Origin: an uncultured bacterium
GTDB lineage: Bacteria; Hydrogenedentota; CAZGCA01
Length of the DNA stretch: 64,000 nt
Direction: 5' to 3'
NCBI GenBank assembly: GCA_964524145.1
Contig: CAZGCA010000010.1
Location: forward strand, 13,807-77,806
Below are positions 44,199-54,845 of this stretch, piece after piece (the first letter of the stretch is position 1; every line of letters begins with the position of its first letter). The position numbers and the translations under genes are program-made. The notes under the pieces were generated by a model. That model had not been told where the DNA came from, made no database searches, and saw nothing but the letters and a program-made list of their open reading frames with translations.

Positions 44199-45827
44199 TC
44201 ATCTCCGCGCGAATCCGTCCGGGACTTTGGTTGCGCGGAGGATGCTCATCAGTTCATCACGAAGTCGCTTTGCGGTTCCCGCATGTCTCGGCACGCCTGC
44301 CAGGTTGGTCCACTCGTGCGGATCGGTGTCGTGGTCGTAGAGCTCTTCTTCACCATTCGCGCAGAGCGTGTATCGGTACCGGTGCGAACGAACCGAGAAA
44401 TGAGGAATCTCCTCACCATCCCGGACGGCCATCAGGGCTACCGGTGGTCCGTCCCATGTTTCGCGGTCAGGTTCCTCCAACAACGGCCGCAGCGAACAGC
44501 CATCCAGACGCGCGTCGCTGCGGCCTTCGTTCGGTTGACCGGGCAGCCCGCACAAGTCCACCAGCGTGGGGTAGAGGTCTATCAATGAAACGGGATGGTT
44601 GCAGGTCCGACCGTTTGCCGGGGAGCCCGGAACGTGAACAAGCAGCGGCACCCGCGTGGACTCGTCCCACAGATGCCACTTCTGGATGCAATCCTTCTCG
44701 CCGACATGGTATCCGTTGTCGCCGGTCAACACCACGATCGTGTTGTCCCGGTACGGGCTGGTATCCAGCGCTTGCAACACGTTGCCCACCTGGTCGTCCA
44801 CGAACGCCGTGCAGGCAAGATACGCCTGTACCCATTCTTTCCACGCTTTTTCGCCTCCGGCCTCAATCAACGCCTCGTACTTCTTGAAGCCCCACTCCCA
44901 TCGGTTGCGCAGGACGGAAGCACAATCGTCGAGATCGTTCTTCAAATACGGCGGGAGGTGAATGCGTTCCAGAGGAAACATGTCAAAGTACTTCTTGGGA
45001 GCGTAGAGCGGCGTGTGCGGACGGATGAAACCGACGCCCAGGTAGAAAGGCCGATCATGCTGCTTCTTCAACACGTCCACTGCCCAGTCGGCGGAGACTT
45101 CGTCGGGCATTCTGTCGCGATCATTGTCGTCAACGTACCTGAACGGTGTCCCATTCTCGGAATACCACCCTTTTGCTCCGGGTATGCCGTTTGCGGGGGC
45201 TGCCTGCCACTCCGGCACGTTCGAGAGGGGACCGTAGTTGAGATCACGATGCATCTTCATCGGAAGGACCTGTTCCCATACCTCAAACTGTGTCGGGTGC
45301 GGCGTGTTACGCGGTTTGCCTTTCCCTTGCCACGGCCAGGGACCGTAGTCGGGACTTATGCCGTAACCGGCATAGAAATCGCCGCCTGCTCCCTCGTGTA
45401 ACAACTTGCCCGTGCCATACGAGCTATATCCGTTGCTGCGAAAATGTTGGGGGAGCGGCACACACTCCTGAAGCAAAGGGACTGCTGCCCATCGATCAAA
45501 CCCGTAGTCATCCAATCGCTGGGGATACAACCCCGAGAACAGGCATTTGCGCGAGGGGCCGCACACCGGTACGACAACGTGTGCATTGGTGAAACTCACA
45601 CTTCTCTGCCGAAGCCGGTCGATGTTCGGGACTCTTGCCTTCGGGTGTCCCGGTGGATGCAACGCCCAATCGTTCAGGTCGTCACAGATGATCAACAACA
45701 CGTTCGGCCGCCTCACCGAGCCTTCCGCTGCGTACGTGAGCCGACCGCAGGCGAGTGCCGTCAACCCGAGTCCGGCCGATTTCAGAAATCCCCTTCGTTC
45801 CATTCTGTGAGCGCTATGATCCATCAT
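44199..45827 (-). CDS. Sulfatase (formylglycine-dependent arylsulfatase family) with a TAT signal
   Basis: RRGFLKSAGLGLTALA (TAT), VLLIICDDLNDW, and CGPSRKCLFSGLYP (the C-x-P-x-R signature). Confidence 0.8.
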   Translation of the reverse strand: MMDHSAHRMERRGFLKSAGLGLTALACGRLTYAAEGSVRRPNVLLIICDDLNDWALHPPGHPKARVPNIDRLRQRSVSFTNAHVVVPVCGPSRKCLFSGLYPQRLDDYGFDRWAAVPLLQECVPLPQHFRSNGYSSYGTGKLLHEGAGGDFYAGYGISPDYGPWPWQGKGKPRNTPHPTQFEVWEQVLPMKMHRDLNYGPLSNVPEWQAAPANGIPGAKGWYSENGTPFRYVDDNDRDRMPDEVSADWAVDVLKKQHDRPFYLGVGFIRPHTPLYAPKKYFDMFPLERIHLPPYLKNDLDDCASVLRNRWEWGFKKYEALIEAGGEKAWKEWVQAYLACTAFVDDQVGNVLQALDTSPYRDNTIVVLTGDNGYHVGEKDCIQKWHLWDESTRVPLLVHVPGSPANGRTCNHPVSLIDLYPTLVDLCGLPGQPNEGRSDARLDGCSLRPLLEEPDRETWDGPPVALMAVRDGEEIPHFSVRSHRYRYTLCANGEEELYDHDTDPHEWTNLAGVPRHAGTAKRLRDELMSILRATKVPDGFARR

Positions 45828-45904
45828 GCAATCCCCATTGCCGACTTGGAAGCTCCGCCACGGGCACCGGCTGTTCTCTCTCCTGCCAAATGATAGTAAT
45901 TCAG

Positions 45905-46207
45905 GGGCCGCAATTCAAGCAATCCAGGGCCGGACTGGAATGGCACCTAGCATACAAGGCCCCGTGGGAGCTGGCCGAAGAGATCGGTGCGTTTGTGGTC
46001 TACTACAATAGCCGGCGGTACCACGAAGCCCTGGGCAACGTCACGCCCGATGATGTATACTTTGGAAGAAGGGACGCGATACTGGAAGCGAGAAGAGAAC
46101 TCGAGGCTGAGACGCCGGCACGACGCAAAACTCTCAACCAGGGCGGTTGGAAGAGGTCAAATCTCTACCCTGGTATGGGCTCCAATGTGCCCCAAATGTT
46201 CTGAAGA
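45905..46207 (+). pseudogene. 3' fragment of a DDE (rve integrase-core) IS transposase gene with the element terminus (copy A)
   Basis: ORF 45755..46204 ends ...AYKAPWELAEEIGAFVVYYNSRRYHEALGNVTPDDVYFGRRDAILEARRELEAETPARRKTLNQ, the characteristic C-terminus of IS3/IS481-type DDE transposases. It is followed by the terminus gccccaaatgttctgaaga. No catalytic core lies upstream. Confidence 0.55.
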
Positions 46208-46461
46208 ATTACATTTTTCGAGAAGCAGATCCTGCGCGCCCGGCAAGTCGAACCGGCCATCATTTTCATATCGGGTTGGCACGACTGGCACTACGGAAAT
46301 CAAATCGAGCCAGCGGTGGAATACGGATACCAATACGTCGATCTCGCCGCACGGCTGTTGGGGCGCTCGGAAGAAACCCGCTCCTACAGGGAATCGGACT
46401 GAGCGACGGGCACTTTGAAGCATGGTGCGTCATCGGGAACGACGGAGAAAGGGCAAGCTGA

Positions 46462-48561
46462 ATGCGCCTGGAGAATGACCAATACCGCGTGACAATCAAC
46501 CCCGAGAACGGGTCGATCGTGTCGTTCTTCGACAAGAAGGGCGTTGGCGAGGTGATCGCCGAGCCGCGCCTTGCGGGCAGTTTTCGCCTGCTTCTCCCGC
46601 GTCCGGGCCATCACAGCAACTATGTGCTGGGGAAGGAACAACGCGTCACGTCCATCAAGAAGACCGGGGACCAAGCGACTATCCGATGGGACGGCCCCCT
46701 CGTGAATGCGCGTGGAACCTACGACCTGGCCGCGGCCATGACGATCACATTTGAAGAGGGGGGCGTGACGTTTCGGTTCGAGGCCGAGAACCGCAGCGAA
46801 CTTGAACTGGCCGAGGCGTGGTATCCCATGCTGGGCGGACTTATGGGACTTGGTCCCGAAGAGATTCGCCGGGACACGCATATGGCGGCGGGATTCGACC
46901 CGCTTCTCGACATGCCGCTTTTCCGCCATTTCGGAGCGCCTAATGAACTGGGCACGCCGCTGCCGGAATGGCTCCTTACGTATCCCACGCCGATGTCCAT
47001 GGCCTGGTGCGATCTCTACAACCGCCACCTGGACCGGGGGCTCTACTTTGCCAGCCACGATCCGGTGGCGCGGTACAAGGGGATCCGCTTTGCGCTGCAC
47101 CCGGGCTTGGGCCGGGGGCGGCACGGGGACGATTGGCCGCGCCCGGGCGAAGTGCCAGAGGATACGCCCGTTGGGGTGGTTGCGAACTGGTTCCATTTCC
47201 CGTACACACCGCCTAGGGGGCGGTTCGAGGGCCCGCCCGTCGTGGTGCGGCATCACCACGGCGACTGGCACGAGGCGGCCCGATTCTATCGCGAGTGGTT
47301 CACCATGCAGTTTCCCGTGGTCGATCCGCGCGGGAGCTGGATGCGCCGCGACATGACCGCCTTTCAGAACACGATGTTCTTGCTCCCGGAGGACACCGTC
47401 AATCTGACGTTCAAAGATATTACGCGCTGGGCAAGAGACGCCCTGGACCACGGGGTGCCGCACGTGCTCATCAGCGGCTGGAACGTCGGCGGACACGACC
47501 GGGGCTACCCAGAGTACGAACCGGACCCGCGCCTGGGGACCTGGGAAGAACTTGAGGAGGCGGTACACGCCTGCCACGAAATGGGTGTGCGTGTCTTCTT
47601 CTTCGTCAATATCCATGTGGTCGACATGACCACGGACCAGTATCGCCGCAAACTCCACCGCTACACGGTGCGCAACGATGACGGCGTGCCGTATCAGGCG
47701 GTGGGTTGGGGCATGGGCACGCTCGGAGCGCGGCTCGGCCTAACGCATGCGATGCTGGGGCAGGTGAGTGCGGGATTACCGGAAGTGCGTGAGCTCTTCG
47801 TGCGGCAGGTGCGTAAGCTGGCGGAGATTGGCGCCGACGGCATACACATTGACAAGTGCCATCCCCTTCCCCTGGACTTCAACCCGCGCCGGGACGGCGG
47901 CCCGGATTCGTCCCCCTGGGAAGGCACGCTGCGCTGTATTGAGGAAACGCTTGAGACCTGCCGCGCCATCAACCCCGAATTCGCCCTCTCCGTCGAGAGC
48001 AACTGGGACCGTATGCTGTCCTACACAGACGTCGCCTGGTGGGCCGCGCTTGGCCACCGTTCCTCGCTGAGAGACACCTTTCCCCAATGGACGCTCACGG
48101 GGTCCGTGAACCAGCCGTTCAGTTACAACGTGGTCAACCTGCTGGTTTGGCACGGTTACGCCATGCTCGTCGGTCCCGGGCACTACACGATCTCGATGAA
48201 CGACACGCTTTGGCGGCCGCTCTCGGCCTACATCAAGGAAGTCCAGCGCATTCGTCAGGATCTCAAAGACGTGCTCTTCCTTGGGGAACTCCTCTGGACC
48301 GATCCCGTGGTCGTTGGTGGGCCCTTCGCGGCACATGTAGGTGCGCGGCGGAGCACGTTTCGCAACAACGAGACGGGCAAACGGGCATGCGTGCTCGTTA
48401 ACCTGAGCGATGAACCGCTTGAAGCGGAATCGGTGGCGCTGGCAGACAATGCGGACGGTGTCGTAACGGTGTGTCAGCCTTGTGAGCCGGACCAAACGGC
48501 CCGGCTTCCCATGACAATCACCATTCCGCCGGAACGGCTCATCGTCTTCGCCGAGACGTGA
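46462..48561 (+). CDS. Hypothetical protein, possibly a glycoside-hydrolase-like TIM-barrel enzyme
   Basis: A long ORF with the codon bias of its neighbours. The segment GVPHVLISGWNVGGHDRGYPEYEPDPRLGTWEELEEAVHACHEMGVRVFFFVNIH looks like a GH-type catalytic barrel. The antisense ORF 46384..47658 is spurious. Confidence 0.4.
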   Translation: MRLENDQYRVTINPENGSIVSFFDKKGVGEVIAEPRLAGSFRLLLPRPGHHSNYVLGKEQRVTSIKKTGDQATIRWDGPLVNARGTYDLAAAMTITFEEGGVTFRFEAENRSELELAEAWYPMLGGLMGLGPEEIRRDTHMAAGFDPLLDMPLFRHFGAPNELGTPLPEWLLTYPTPMSMAWCDLYNRHLDRGLYFASHDPVARYKGIRFALHPGLGRGRHGDDWPRPGEVPEDTPVGVVANWFHFPYTPPRGRFEGPPVVVRHHHGDWHEAARFYREWFTMQFPVVDPRGSWMRRDMTAFQNTMFLLPEDTVNLTFKDITRWARDALDHGVPHVLISGWNVGGHDRGYPEYEPDPRLGTWEELEEAVHACHEMGVRVFFFVNIHVVDMTTDQYRRKLHRYTVRNDDGVPYQAVGWGMGTLGARLGLTHAMLGQVSAGLPEVRELFVRQVRKLAEIGADGIHIDKCHPLPLDFNPRRDGGPDSSPWEGTLRCIEETLETCRAINPEFALSVESNWDRMLSYTDVAWWAALGHRSSLRDTFPQWTLTGSVNQPFSYNVVNLLVWHGYAMLVGPGHYTISMNDTLWRPLSAYIKEVQRIRQDLKDVLFLGELLWTDPVVVGGPFAAHVGARRSTFRNNETGKRACVLVNLSDEPLEAESVALADNADGVVTVCQPCEPDQTARLPMTITIPPERLIVFAET

Positions 48562-48908
48562 GCCGACGCGTTGGCCTTCCATCTCGACATCTACTCCTGG
48601 AAATGCGCCTGGCGCTCATCGGACGGCGCCCGCGCAAAGGGTGGAACGCAATCGAACTCCCGCTGAGGTCAACTTCGCAGCGCCCCGGCAGGGGGTTGGT
48701 TGAACCATCAGGACGAACCTGCTACGATGAAGCTGCCCAATACGAAAGGCGGGCAGAAACGCGACCCCGGTCGGGACATCGGTCCGTTTATTTCTGTTAA
48801 TGATAAGGGTGAAACCACCTTATCGCGGCGCGGTTCCTGTCCAACAGATGGGGGAGGTTCACAGGAGGATGTGCGATTCACAAGCGTCCCGCACTTGTCG
48901 CAGTACTG

Positions 48909-51470
48909 ATGGCTCTGGTCTCTGTCACGGCATACGCTGAGAACGTTTGGATTTCGTCAGACGCATACGGGGATTTGCAGGTTGTGGTTTCCGACAGAGC
49001 GTCGGAGTCGGAGAAGTTCGCGGCTACAGAGTTCCAGAAGTATTGGAGGGAAACGACCGGGCACGATATCGGTATATCCAACCGGGCGGAGCCCGGCAAA
49101 ACACACGTTTCGATTGGCCGCGAAGGAGCGGAACTTGTCGAACAAGACGATCTCGACGGGTTGGGTGACGACGGATATCTGATCCGCACTGTTCAGCCCG
49201 AGTCCATGCCTGCGATTGACGCCCTTCAGGAAGACGCCGGGCGAACCGTTTCTGCCGATAGCTACAGCCTCGTGATTGTAGGTGGGCAAAAGCGTGGCAC
49301 ACTGTACGGTGTCCACGAGTTTTTCAAGAACTACCTGGGTGTCCGGTGGCTTACCCCGGAGTTCACCCATGTCCCGCAGGCCCCGTCATCTCTGCCGAGG
49401 ATCGATTTTCGCTATGTTCCTCCCTTCATGTACCGTGATATCTCGTATCGAGCCTTCATGCAGGACGCTCATTACGCGGTGTTCCACAAGGTCAACGGAC
49501 ACTCCGTGTCTGCCATCCCTGAGCGAATGGGTGGCAACATAAGATTTGTTGGCGCCGGCGGAGGTCATACCTTCTTCGATTGTGTATCCCCCAAGGAATA
49601 CGGTGAAACGCACCCGGAGTACTTCTCTGAGATCAACGGCGAACGTGTGGCGGAACAGATCGGCTCACAACTGTGCCTGTCAAACCCGGACGTCTTGCGG
49701 CTCACAATCGACGGGGTGCGGCAGTACCTGCGCAACAGCCCCCCAGAGTTTCGTCTGGTAAGCGTAGCACAAATGGACTTCTGGGGCTGGTGCACGTGCG
49801 AGAAGTGCAAAGCGATAGATGACCGTGAGGGAAGCCCGGCTGGTTCGATAATCACATTCGTGAACAAGGTTGCCGCGGCCATCGAAGAGGAATTCCCCGA
49901 AGCGTATATCCATACGTTTGCATACCTCTATTCGCGCAAGCCACCCAAGCACGTCAAGCCGCGCGACAACGTGATCGTTCAGCTGTGCTCGATCGAATGC
50001 GATTTCAGCCGTCCGTTGTCCGACGCCAAGAGCCCGTTGAATCGCGCGTTCCAGAAGGACATAAAGGTCTGGAACAAGATCACCAAGAACCTTTTCATTT
50101 ACGATTACACACAGAACTGGTGGTGTTTCCAACAACCGCACCCCAATTTCCATGTCTTTCAGCCGAACGCCAAGTTCTTTGCCGAGAACGGTGCGATCGG
50201 CGTTTACGAGCAATCCAGTCCATTCTCGCCGCACAGCGACTATGAGTACCTGAAAGGCTATATCGTGTCCGAAAGCCTTTGGGATCCTGATGTCGATTGG
50301 CGCGAACTCTACGACGAGTTCGTTGACCTGTACTACGGCAAGGCGGCCCCGTTCATCCGGGAATATCACCAGCTCATTACCGACAAGGTTCATAAGGAGA
50401 ACTACGTGCTCGAGATCTTCTCGCGCATGGAGTGGATGGACTACGAGACCGTTGTCAAAGCCCAGGAACTGTTCGCAGAAGCGTTTAATGCGGTCAGAGG
50501 TGATGAAACGGCGACGACACGCCTCGATTCCGCGTACCTGCCCGTCCAGTATGCCGCGCTGTTTTGTCCGCCACGGGTGAGACAGACATCCGATGCCTAT
50601 ATTCTGACGCGCCCACCTTCTCAGGCCTTCGACGAATACTGGGACATGATCAGAGGCTATGGCGTTACATTCCTTGCAGACCAACTCATCTTCGACCTGA
50701 AGGATCGAGCAGAAGGCGAGACTCCTCCTCGTTATGAGAGACTCGATATCGAAAAGATCGAGAATGAGAACTACGAGGTCTGGATTGTTCCTGCGAAGAA
50801 GGGTTCTATCGTACGGTTCAAGGCAAAATCCACAAGCCAAGACCTTCTGGCCGGCTACAAGGATATCGCAGGCGCTTCGGGTATGTGGCAAGACTGGTCT
50901 ATTGCCGATCCTGATGCAGAGGAACCAGTAGGCGAAACCTGCATTGCTGAGAAGTTCGAAGTGATCAGCAGAACGAGCAGCTCTGTGACGATCCAATGCA
51001 GAACCGAAAACGAGTTGCTCGTAACACGCCGGATGTCCCTGAAACCGGGGTCAGACGTATTTGAGGTTACACTGGAGATCAAAAACGCCGGTGACGAACC
51101 CGTCGTGCCGCGCATCAAGATACATCCCGAATTCTGGACACACGGTGAGGCAATGCCTCGCATCTGGATCGAGCGCGACGGAGCCTGGGAGAAGGTCAAG
51201 ATGGCAATGCTGCCTGATGGAGGCGCCGGTGGAGGCAGCATTGAACCCGATGGTGTTACGGCTTGGGCCTACAGAATTCCAAAGCGACCTCTCACTCTGA
51301 TCAACGCGATCGAGTCCGACGAGGTCGATAGTCTATTCTACTTCTACCACCGGACCAATCAGCACGTAAACCTGGAACTGATTCCCGTACAGACTCCCCT
51401 GGCGCCTGGCGAGACAAGGATGCTCCACAGCACTTACGCCGTCACCCAAAAGCGACCGGGAAAGTCCTGA
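48909..51470 (+). CDS. Large secreted protein, DUF4838-like (putative glycoside hydrolase-like); the true start is probably upstream of 48909
   Basis: A signal-peptide-like sequence KRPALVAVLMALVSVTAYA-ENVW lies in frame immediately upstream of ATG 48909, with no in-frame ATG. The Cys cluster WGWCTCEKCKAIDD and the general architecture resemble DUF4838. The antisense ORF 49680..50996 is spurious. Confidence 0.45.
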   Translation: MALVSVTAYAENVWISSDAYGDLQVVVSDRASESEKFAATEFQKYWRETTGHDIGISNRAEPGKTHVSIGREGAELVEQDDLDGLGDDGYLIRTVQPESMPAIDALQEDAGRTVSADSYSLVIVGGQKRGTLYGVHEFFKNYLGVRWLTPEFTHVPQAPSSLPRIDFRYVPPFMYRDISYRAFMQDAHYAVFHKVNGHSVSAIPERMGGNIRFVGAGGGHTFFDCVSPKEYGETHPEYFSEINGERVAEQIGSQLCLSNPDVLRLTIDGVRQYLRNSPPEFRLVSVAQMDFWGWCTCEKCKAIDDREGSPAGSIITFVNKVAAAIEEEFPEAYIHTFAYLYSRKPPKHVKPRDNVIVQLCSIECDFSRPLSDAKSPLNRAFQKDIKVWNKITKNLFIYDYTQNWWCFQQPHPNFHVFQPNAKFFAENGAIGVYEQSSPFSPHSDYEYLKGYIVSESLWDPDVDWRELYDEFVDLYYGKAAPFIREYHQLITDKVHKENYVLEIFSRMEWMDYETVVKAQELFAEAFNAVRGDETATTRLDSAYLPVQYAALFCPPRVRQTSDAYILTRPPSQAFDEYWDMIRGYGVTFLADQLIFDLKDRAEGETPPRYERLDIEKIENENYEVWIVPAKKGSIVRFKAKSTSQDLLAGYKDIAGASGMWQDWSIADPDAEEPVGETCIAEKFEVISRTSSSVTIQCRTENELLVTRRMSLKPGSDVFEVTLEIKNAGDEPVVPRIKIHPEFWTHGEAMPRIWIERDGAWEKVKMAMLPDGGAGGGSIEPDGVTAWAYRIPKRPLTLINAIESDEVDSLFYFYHRTNQHVNLELIPVQTPLAPGETRMLHSTYAVTQKRPGKS

Positions 51471-51541
51471 ATGGTGCGTTCGGAGCGATTCATCGTCCTT
51501 GTCGAGACGTGACCCGACGTGTCCCTCTGCCGTCCCGGAAT

Positions 51542-52612
51542 CTAGTCCTGGAAATTCACCTCGCGCTCGGCGGGCGGCGCCAATGCCGGGAGGTTTTCAT
51601 TGACGCCCCGTTGGTACCAGAACGCACAGCTTGCGTAGTCATTGGCCTTGTCGTTGCCGTGGCCGTGCTCGAGCGTCACGCGGATTGACTTGCGGAACCG
51701 CAGGGGGTCGGCCAGGTAGAAGCGGTACATGGCGTTCGTGCCCCACCACCGATAGCCGGCACGGTTCTCGACGCAATGGAACCCGGTATACGGCCCCGTG
51801 TATTCCACGTCCGGGCCCGCGCCACCGCCGAAAATCTCCTCCGTTCCCGTGCCGTGAATCGAGGGCGGGAATTCTTCGCCGTCAATGAAGACCATGTCGT
51901 CGCCCTCGCCATACCAATCACGTTCGTGGTTGACGACCGTCAGGAAATATCCCGCGAACTGCCCGTCGCCTGCGACGTCGAGGATGACATAGTTGTCGTC
52001 GCCGCTGAGGTTCTTGATCTCGTCCTGTCCTTCGGGCAGCGCGACGGCCTCCGTACAGCGTTCCCGGTTCCACCGGGCGTGGAGCCTGCCGGCGTTGTCG
52101 GGGACGGCCGCGGGCGCGTCGTACAACTCGTAGTCAATGTGGTACCAACAGCCGGAGCCCAACTCATCGCTCTGGTTCTCGAGTTCGATGCGGGCGCCGC
52201 TGGTGAACGGCATAGGCAAGTAGCAGTTGAATCCCCACGACGAAACGACCTGACGGTCACAGCCTGGATTGATGGTGAAAGCCAGCGATTGTATTGGCCT
52301 CACCCGCCCATTGCAGACGCCAAAGAAATCCCCGAACGGCACTTCGATACTCGGCCTCTCCGACCCGTCCCAGAAGGCCCGCAGCACCACGTTCCGGAAC
52401 AGGTTCATGCGCAGGTTTTCCTGCGGCATGATGTAGGTCCAATAGAAATGCTTGATGCAACCGGCCCCCTTCTCCTCCATCAACACCTTCGTCTCGCCGG
52501 GACCGAACTCGATCCAATCCCGGTTCCCTCCCGTACGGTCCCAGCTCGATGCGCGCTTACTCCGATAGTCGTGTAACAGACACGCTTGCGACAGAATCCC
52601 GTTCGATACCAT
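51542..52612 (-). CDS. DUF2961 / GH172-like protein
   Basis: SWDRTGGNRDWIEFGPGETKVLMEEKGAGCIKHFYWT matches the DUF2961 N-terminal pattern (S.D.TGGN.D). The internal start MVSNGIL is at 52612. Confidence 0.55.
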   Translation of the reverse strand: MVSNGILSQACLLHDYRSKRASSWDRTGGNRDWIEFGPGETKVLMEEKGAGCIKHFYWTYIMPQENLRMNLFRNVVLRAFWDGSERPSIEVPFGDFFGVCNGRVRPIQSLAFTINPGCDRQVVSSWGFNCYLPMPFTSGARIELENQSDELGSGCWYHIDYELYDAPAAVPDNAGRLHARWNRERCTEAVALPEGQDEIKNLSGDDNYVILDVAGDGQFAGYFLTVVNHERDWYGEGDDMVFIDGEEFPPSIHGTGTEEIFGGGAGPDVEYTGPYTGFHCVENRAGYRWWGTNAMYRFYLADPLRFRKSIRVTLEHGHGNDKANDYASCAFWYQRGVNENLPALAPPAEREVNFQD

Positions 52613-52689
52613 GGGTGATTCTCCTTTCCTGCCAGGGTCTCCGGCCCAGAACTCACGACCCGCCAAGCATATCATGTACGGCTCCGAGA

Positions 52690-53312
52690 TTCACCTGTAC
52701 GTCTTCAGACTGTTTGCTGTTGAAGTGAACGGGACTCTCCAGGTCATCGTCAACGCGAGCAAACGAGTTCGAAGCTACGACGCCGAGACGGGCGACCTGA
52801 TCTGGGAGTGCGGGGGACAGACGATCAATGCCATTCCGTCGCCGGTCAGCGGTTTCGGAAACGTATTCTGCACCAGCGGTTATCGGGGCAGCGCATTGCA
52901 GGCCATCGAATTGGGCCGCACGGGCGACCTGACGCGCACCGATGCCATTAGCTGGGAGGTGAAAGAGGCCACCCCCTATACACCTTCCCCGCGGCTCTAC
53001 GGCGACAAGATCTATGTCTGTGCGGTCAACAAGGCCGTCATTTCGTGCTACCAGGCCGAGACGGGCAAGGCCAACTTCGTGAAACAGCGGCTCGAAGGGA
53101 TGAAGGAGATCTATGCATCACCCGTCGGGGCAGCCGACCGCGTGTATTTCGTCGGCCGGGACGGTAAGGCTACAGTCATCAAACGGTCAGAGAAAGTCGA
53201 AGTGCTGGCCACGAACACCCTCGACGATGAGATTGACGCCTCCCCCGCCGTCGCGGGCAATGAACTGTTTCTGAAAGGCAGAACCTACCTCTATTGCATC
53301 GCCGGTTCGTAA
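52690..53312 (+). pseudogene. 5'-truncated PQQ-like beta-propeller (BamB-like) gene: 3' blades only
   Basis: ORF 52611..53312 encodes propeller blades (VNASKRVRSYDAETGDLIWE...IYVCAVNKAVISCYQAETGK...VYFVGRDGKATVI...NELFLKG) without a signal peptide or N-terminal blades. Its 5' end runs into the convergent DUF2961 gene. Confidence 0.45.
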
Positions 53313-53335
53313 AGGAGATCGGCCTTTTACTTCTG
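53064..53335. repeat. Direct repeat copy 1: the 3' end of the PQQ-propeller gene
   Basis: About 270 bp repeated at roughly 90 % identity at 54846..55120. ORF 54862..55095 re-encodes MKQRLEGMKEIFASPVGAAGRVYFVGRDG...LFLKGKTYLYCIA. Confidence 0.85.
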
Positions 53336-53503
53336 GAATAGACGTGGTCGCCGGCTGGACCCACCCGTGGATCAACGGTGGCCCATGCTCATTGACCGCC
53401 ATGCGTCGTTTAAGCCAGCGTTGTCATCTGTTGATGCCTGTGCCGCTGCACGTAGAGACGAATTAAGTGTGATGTCCCCTGAATCACTGTTGCAGCTGGC
53501 CAA

Positions 53504-54682
53504 TCAAATGAGCCTGTTGCTAATCAGAAAGCTCCTACCTTTCTGGTGAATGCCGTACAAAGGCGGGCGCCCCCTGCCGTGGCTAGTATGGATATAGTCT
53601 TGCTCCTGAAGCGATCTTAAGTGGTAGCGAGTTACTAGCACAGAGAATCCCGTTGAGTGCGATATCTCGGAATCCTCCATCCGCTCTCGACCGGACTCTT
53701 CTGCCGCTGCAAGTAGCTTAAGAATCTTGACCTTTTCTTCCTCCAACCCACCTACCTGAGTCGTCTGCTCTGGAGGCGGTTCTTTGTAGGCAACTTGACC
53801 GATAATATCTCTTAACGATGCGAAGACTCCGTCGCCTGTTTCCCAAAACTCCCCATACGACTTACCGCCATCTACATAAAGCTGATGATCTTTTAGCCTT
53901 TTCAGGTTGGAGATCTGAGTCTCTATACCCTGCAGCACGGGTTGATCTGCAACGCCTTCCAGATTTGCGCCGAAATCGATGAGGTCTGATGTAAGCCGTT
54001 TTAATATGTACTTGGCGTCGTCAATACTAACAGGTTTGCTATCACGTTCGGTCGTCCAATCCACTTCAGCTCGTGTGACAAGAGCCTGCAGCTGTTGCTT
54101 CACGGAATCAACTGAACGAAGATCCTCATCGATACCTATAGTAACAAACGAGGGCTCGCCATGGAGTTGTCGGACTACCCTTGTTAGATGTCTAAGGAGC
54201 TTTTCCCTCAGACCAGAAACTGAATCATATTTATCAGGAAGACCCGCAGCCTGGCATTTCTCTTTAAAATCGGTAAGGAGCTTATATTGCTCGCGATCGA
54301 CACTGTCAAGCGCTACGGGAACTGATGAAAAATACAACAATACTGGTTTCCCTGCTTTCTCCATTTCCTGGATTTCTTCAACGGTACCCGACTCTGCGAC
54401 GCCGGTGTGAGTCCCTATTCTTGTCCAGAACGCGCCCACCAGCATGTCACAAGCGCCGACGAGTTGTTTGTTTATAATGGCCTGTGGCCTGTCTCCCAAT
54501 TCCGGAGTGGAATGAGTCTCCCACATAACCGGCATAAGCACTACGCCGTAGTCTTCTGAGTGAGTAGCATTCCACGCGCTGACAACTTCGGGTATCGCTT
54601 TCCGCTCAGCGATCACATCGCTGGGAGAAGCAATTAGGATTCTGTAAACTGTCGCTTCATATGCCATTTCTTGTTTTCCCAA
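53504..54682 (-). CDS. Protein with an N-terminal DUF4062-like (TIR/SLOG-like Rossmannoid) domain; cargo of the repeat-flanked insertion
   Basis: YRILIASPSDVIAERKAIPEVVSAWNATHSEDYGVVLMPVMWETHSTPELGDRPQAIINKQLVGACDMLVGAFWTRIGTHTGVAESGTVEEIQEMEKAGKPVLLYFSS matches the DUF4062 pattern (VFISSTF.DL.EER..V.E.I...G..PV.ME.F.A......I..CD..I.I.G.RYG). This segment is lower in GC than its flanks. Confidence 0.5.
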   Translation of the reverse strand: MGKQEMAYEATVYRILIASPSDVIAERKAIPEVVSAWNATHSEDYGVVLMPVMWETHSTPELGDRPQAIINKQLVGACDMLVGAFWTRIGTHTGVAESGTVEEIQEMEKAGKPVLLYFSSVPVALDSVDREQYKLLTDFKEKCQAAGLPDKYDSVSGLREKLLRHLTRVVRQLHGEPSFVTIGIDEDLRSVDSVKQQLQALVTRAEVDWTTERDSKPVSIDDAKYILKRLTSDLIDFGANLEGVADQPVLQGIETQISNLKRLKDHQLYVDGGKSYGEFWETGDGVFASLRDIIGQVAYKEPPPEQTTQVGGLEEEKVKILKLLAAAEESGRERMEDSEISHSTGFSVLVTRYHLRSLQEQDYIHTSHGRGRPPLYGIHQKGRSFLISNRLI

Positions 54683-54845
54683 TGTGATCGAACATGCGCC
54701 TCTTCACTGGGTCACCCCCCACAGAGGTCTCCCTTTACAGTTGTCGGTTCTCAACCCGTCATCATGGTATCCCGAAAGGCCCCGTCTGTCAAGGCGAAAG
54801 ACGTTAACCAGGCGGTTGGTGCTTCACTCTTATTCCGCCGTTTAC

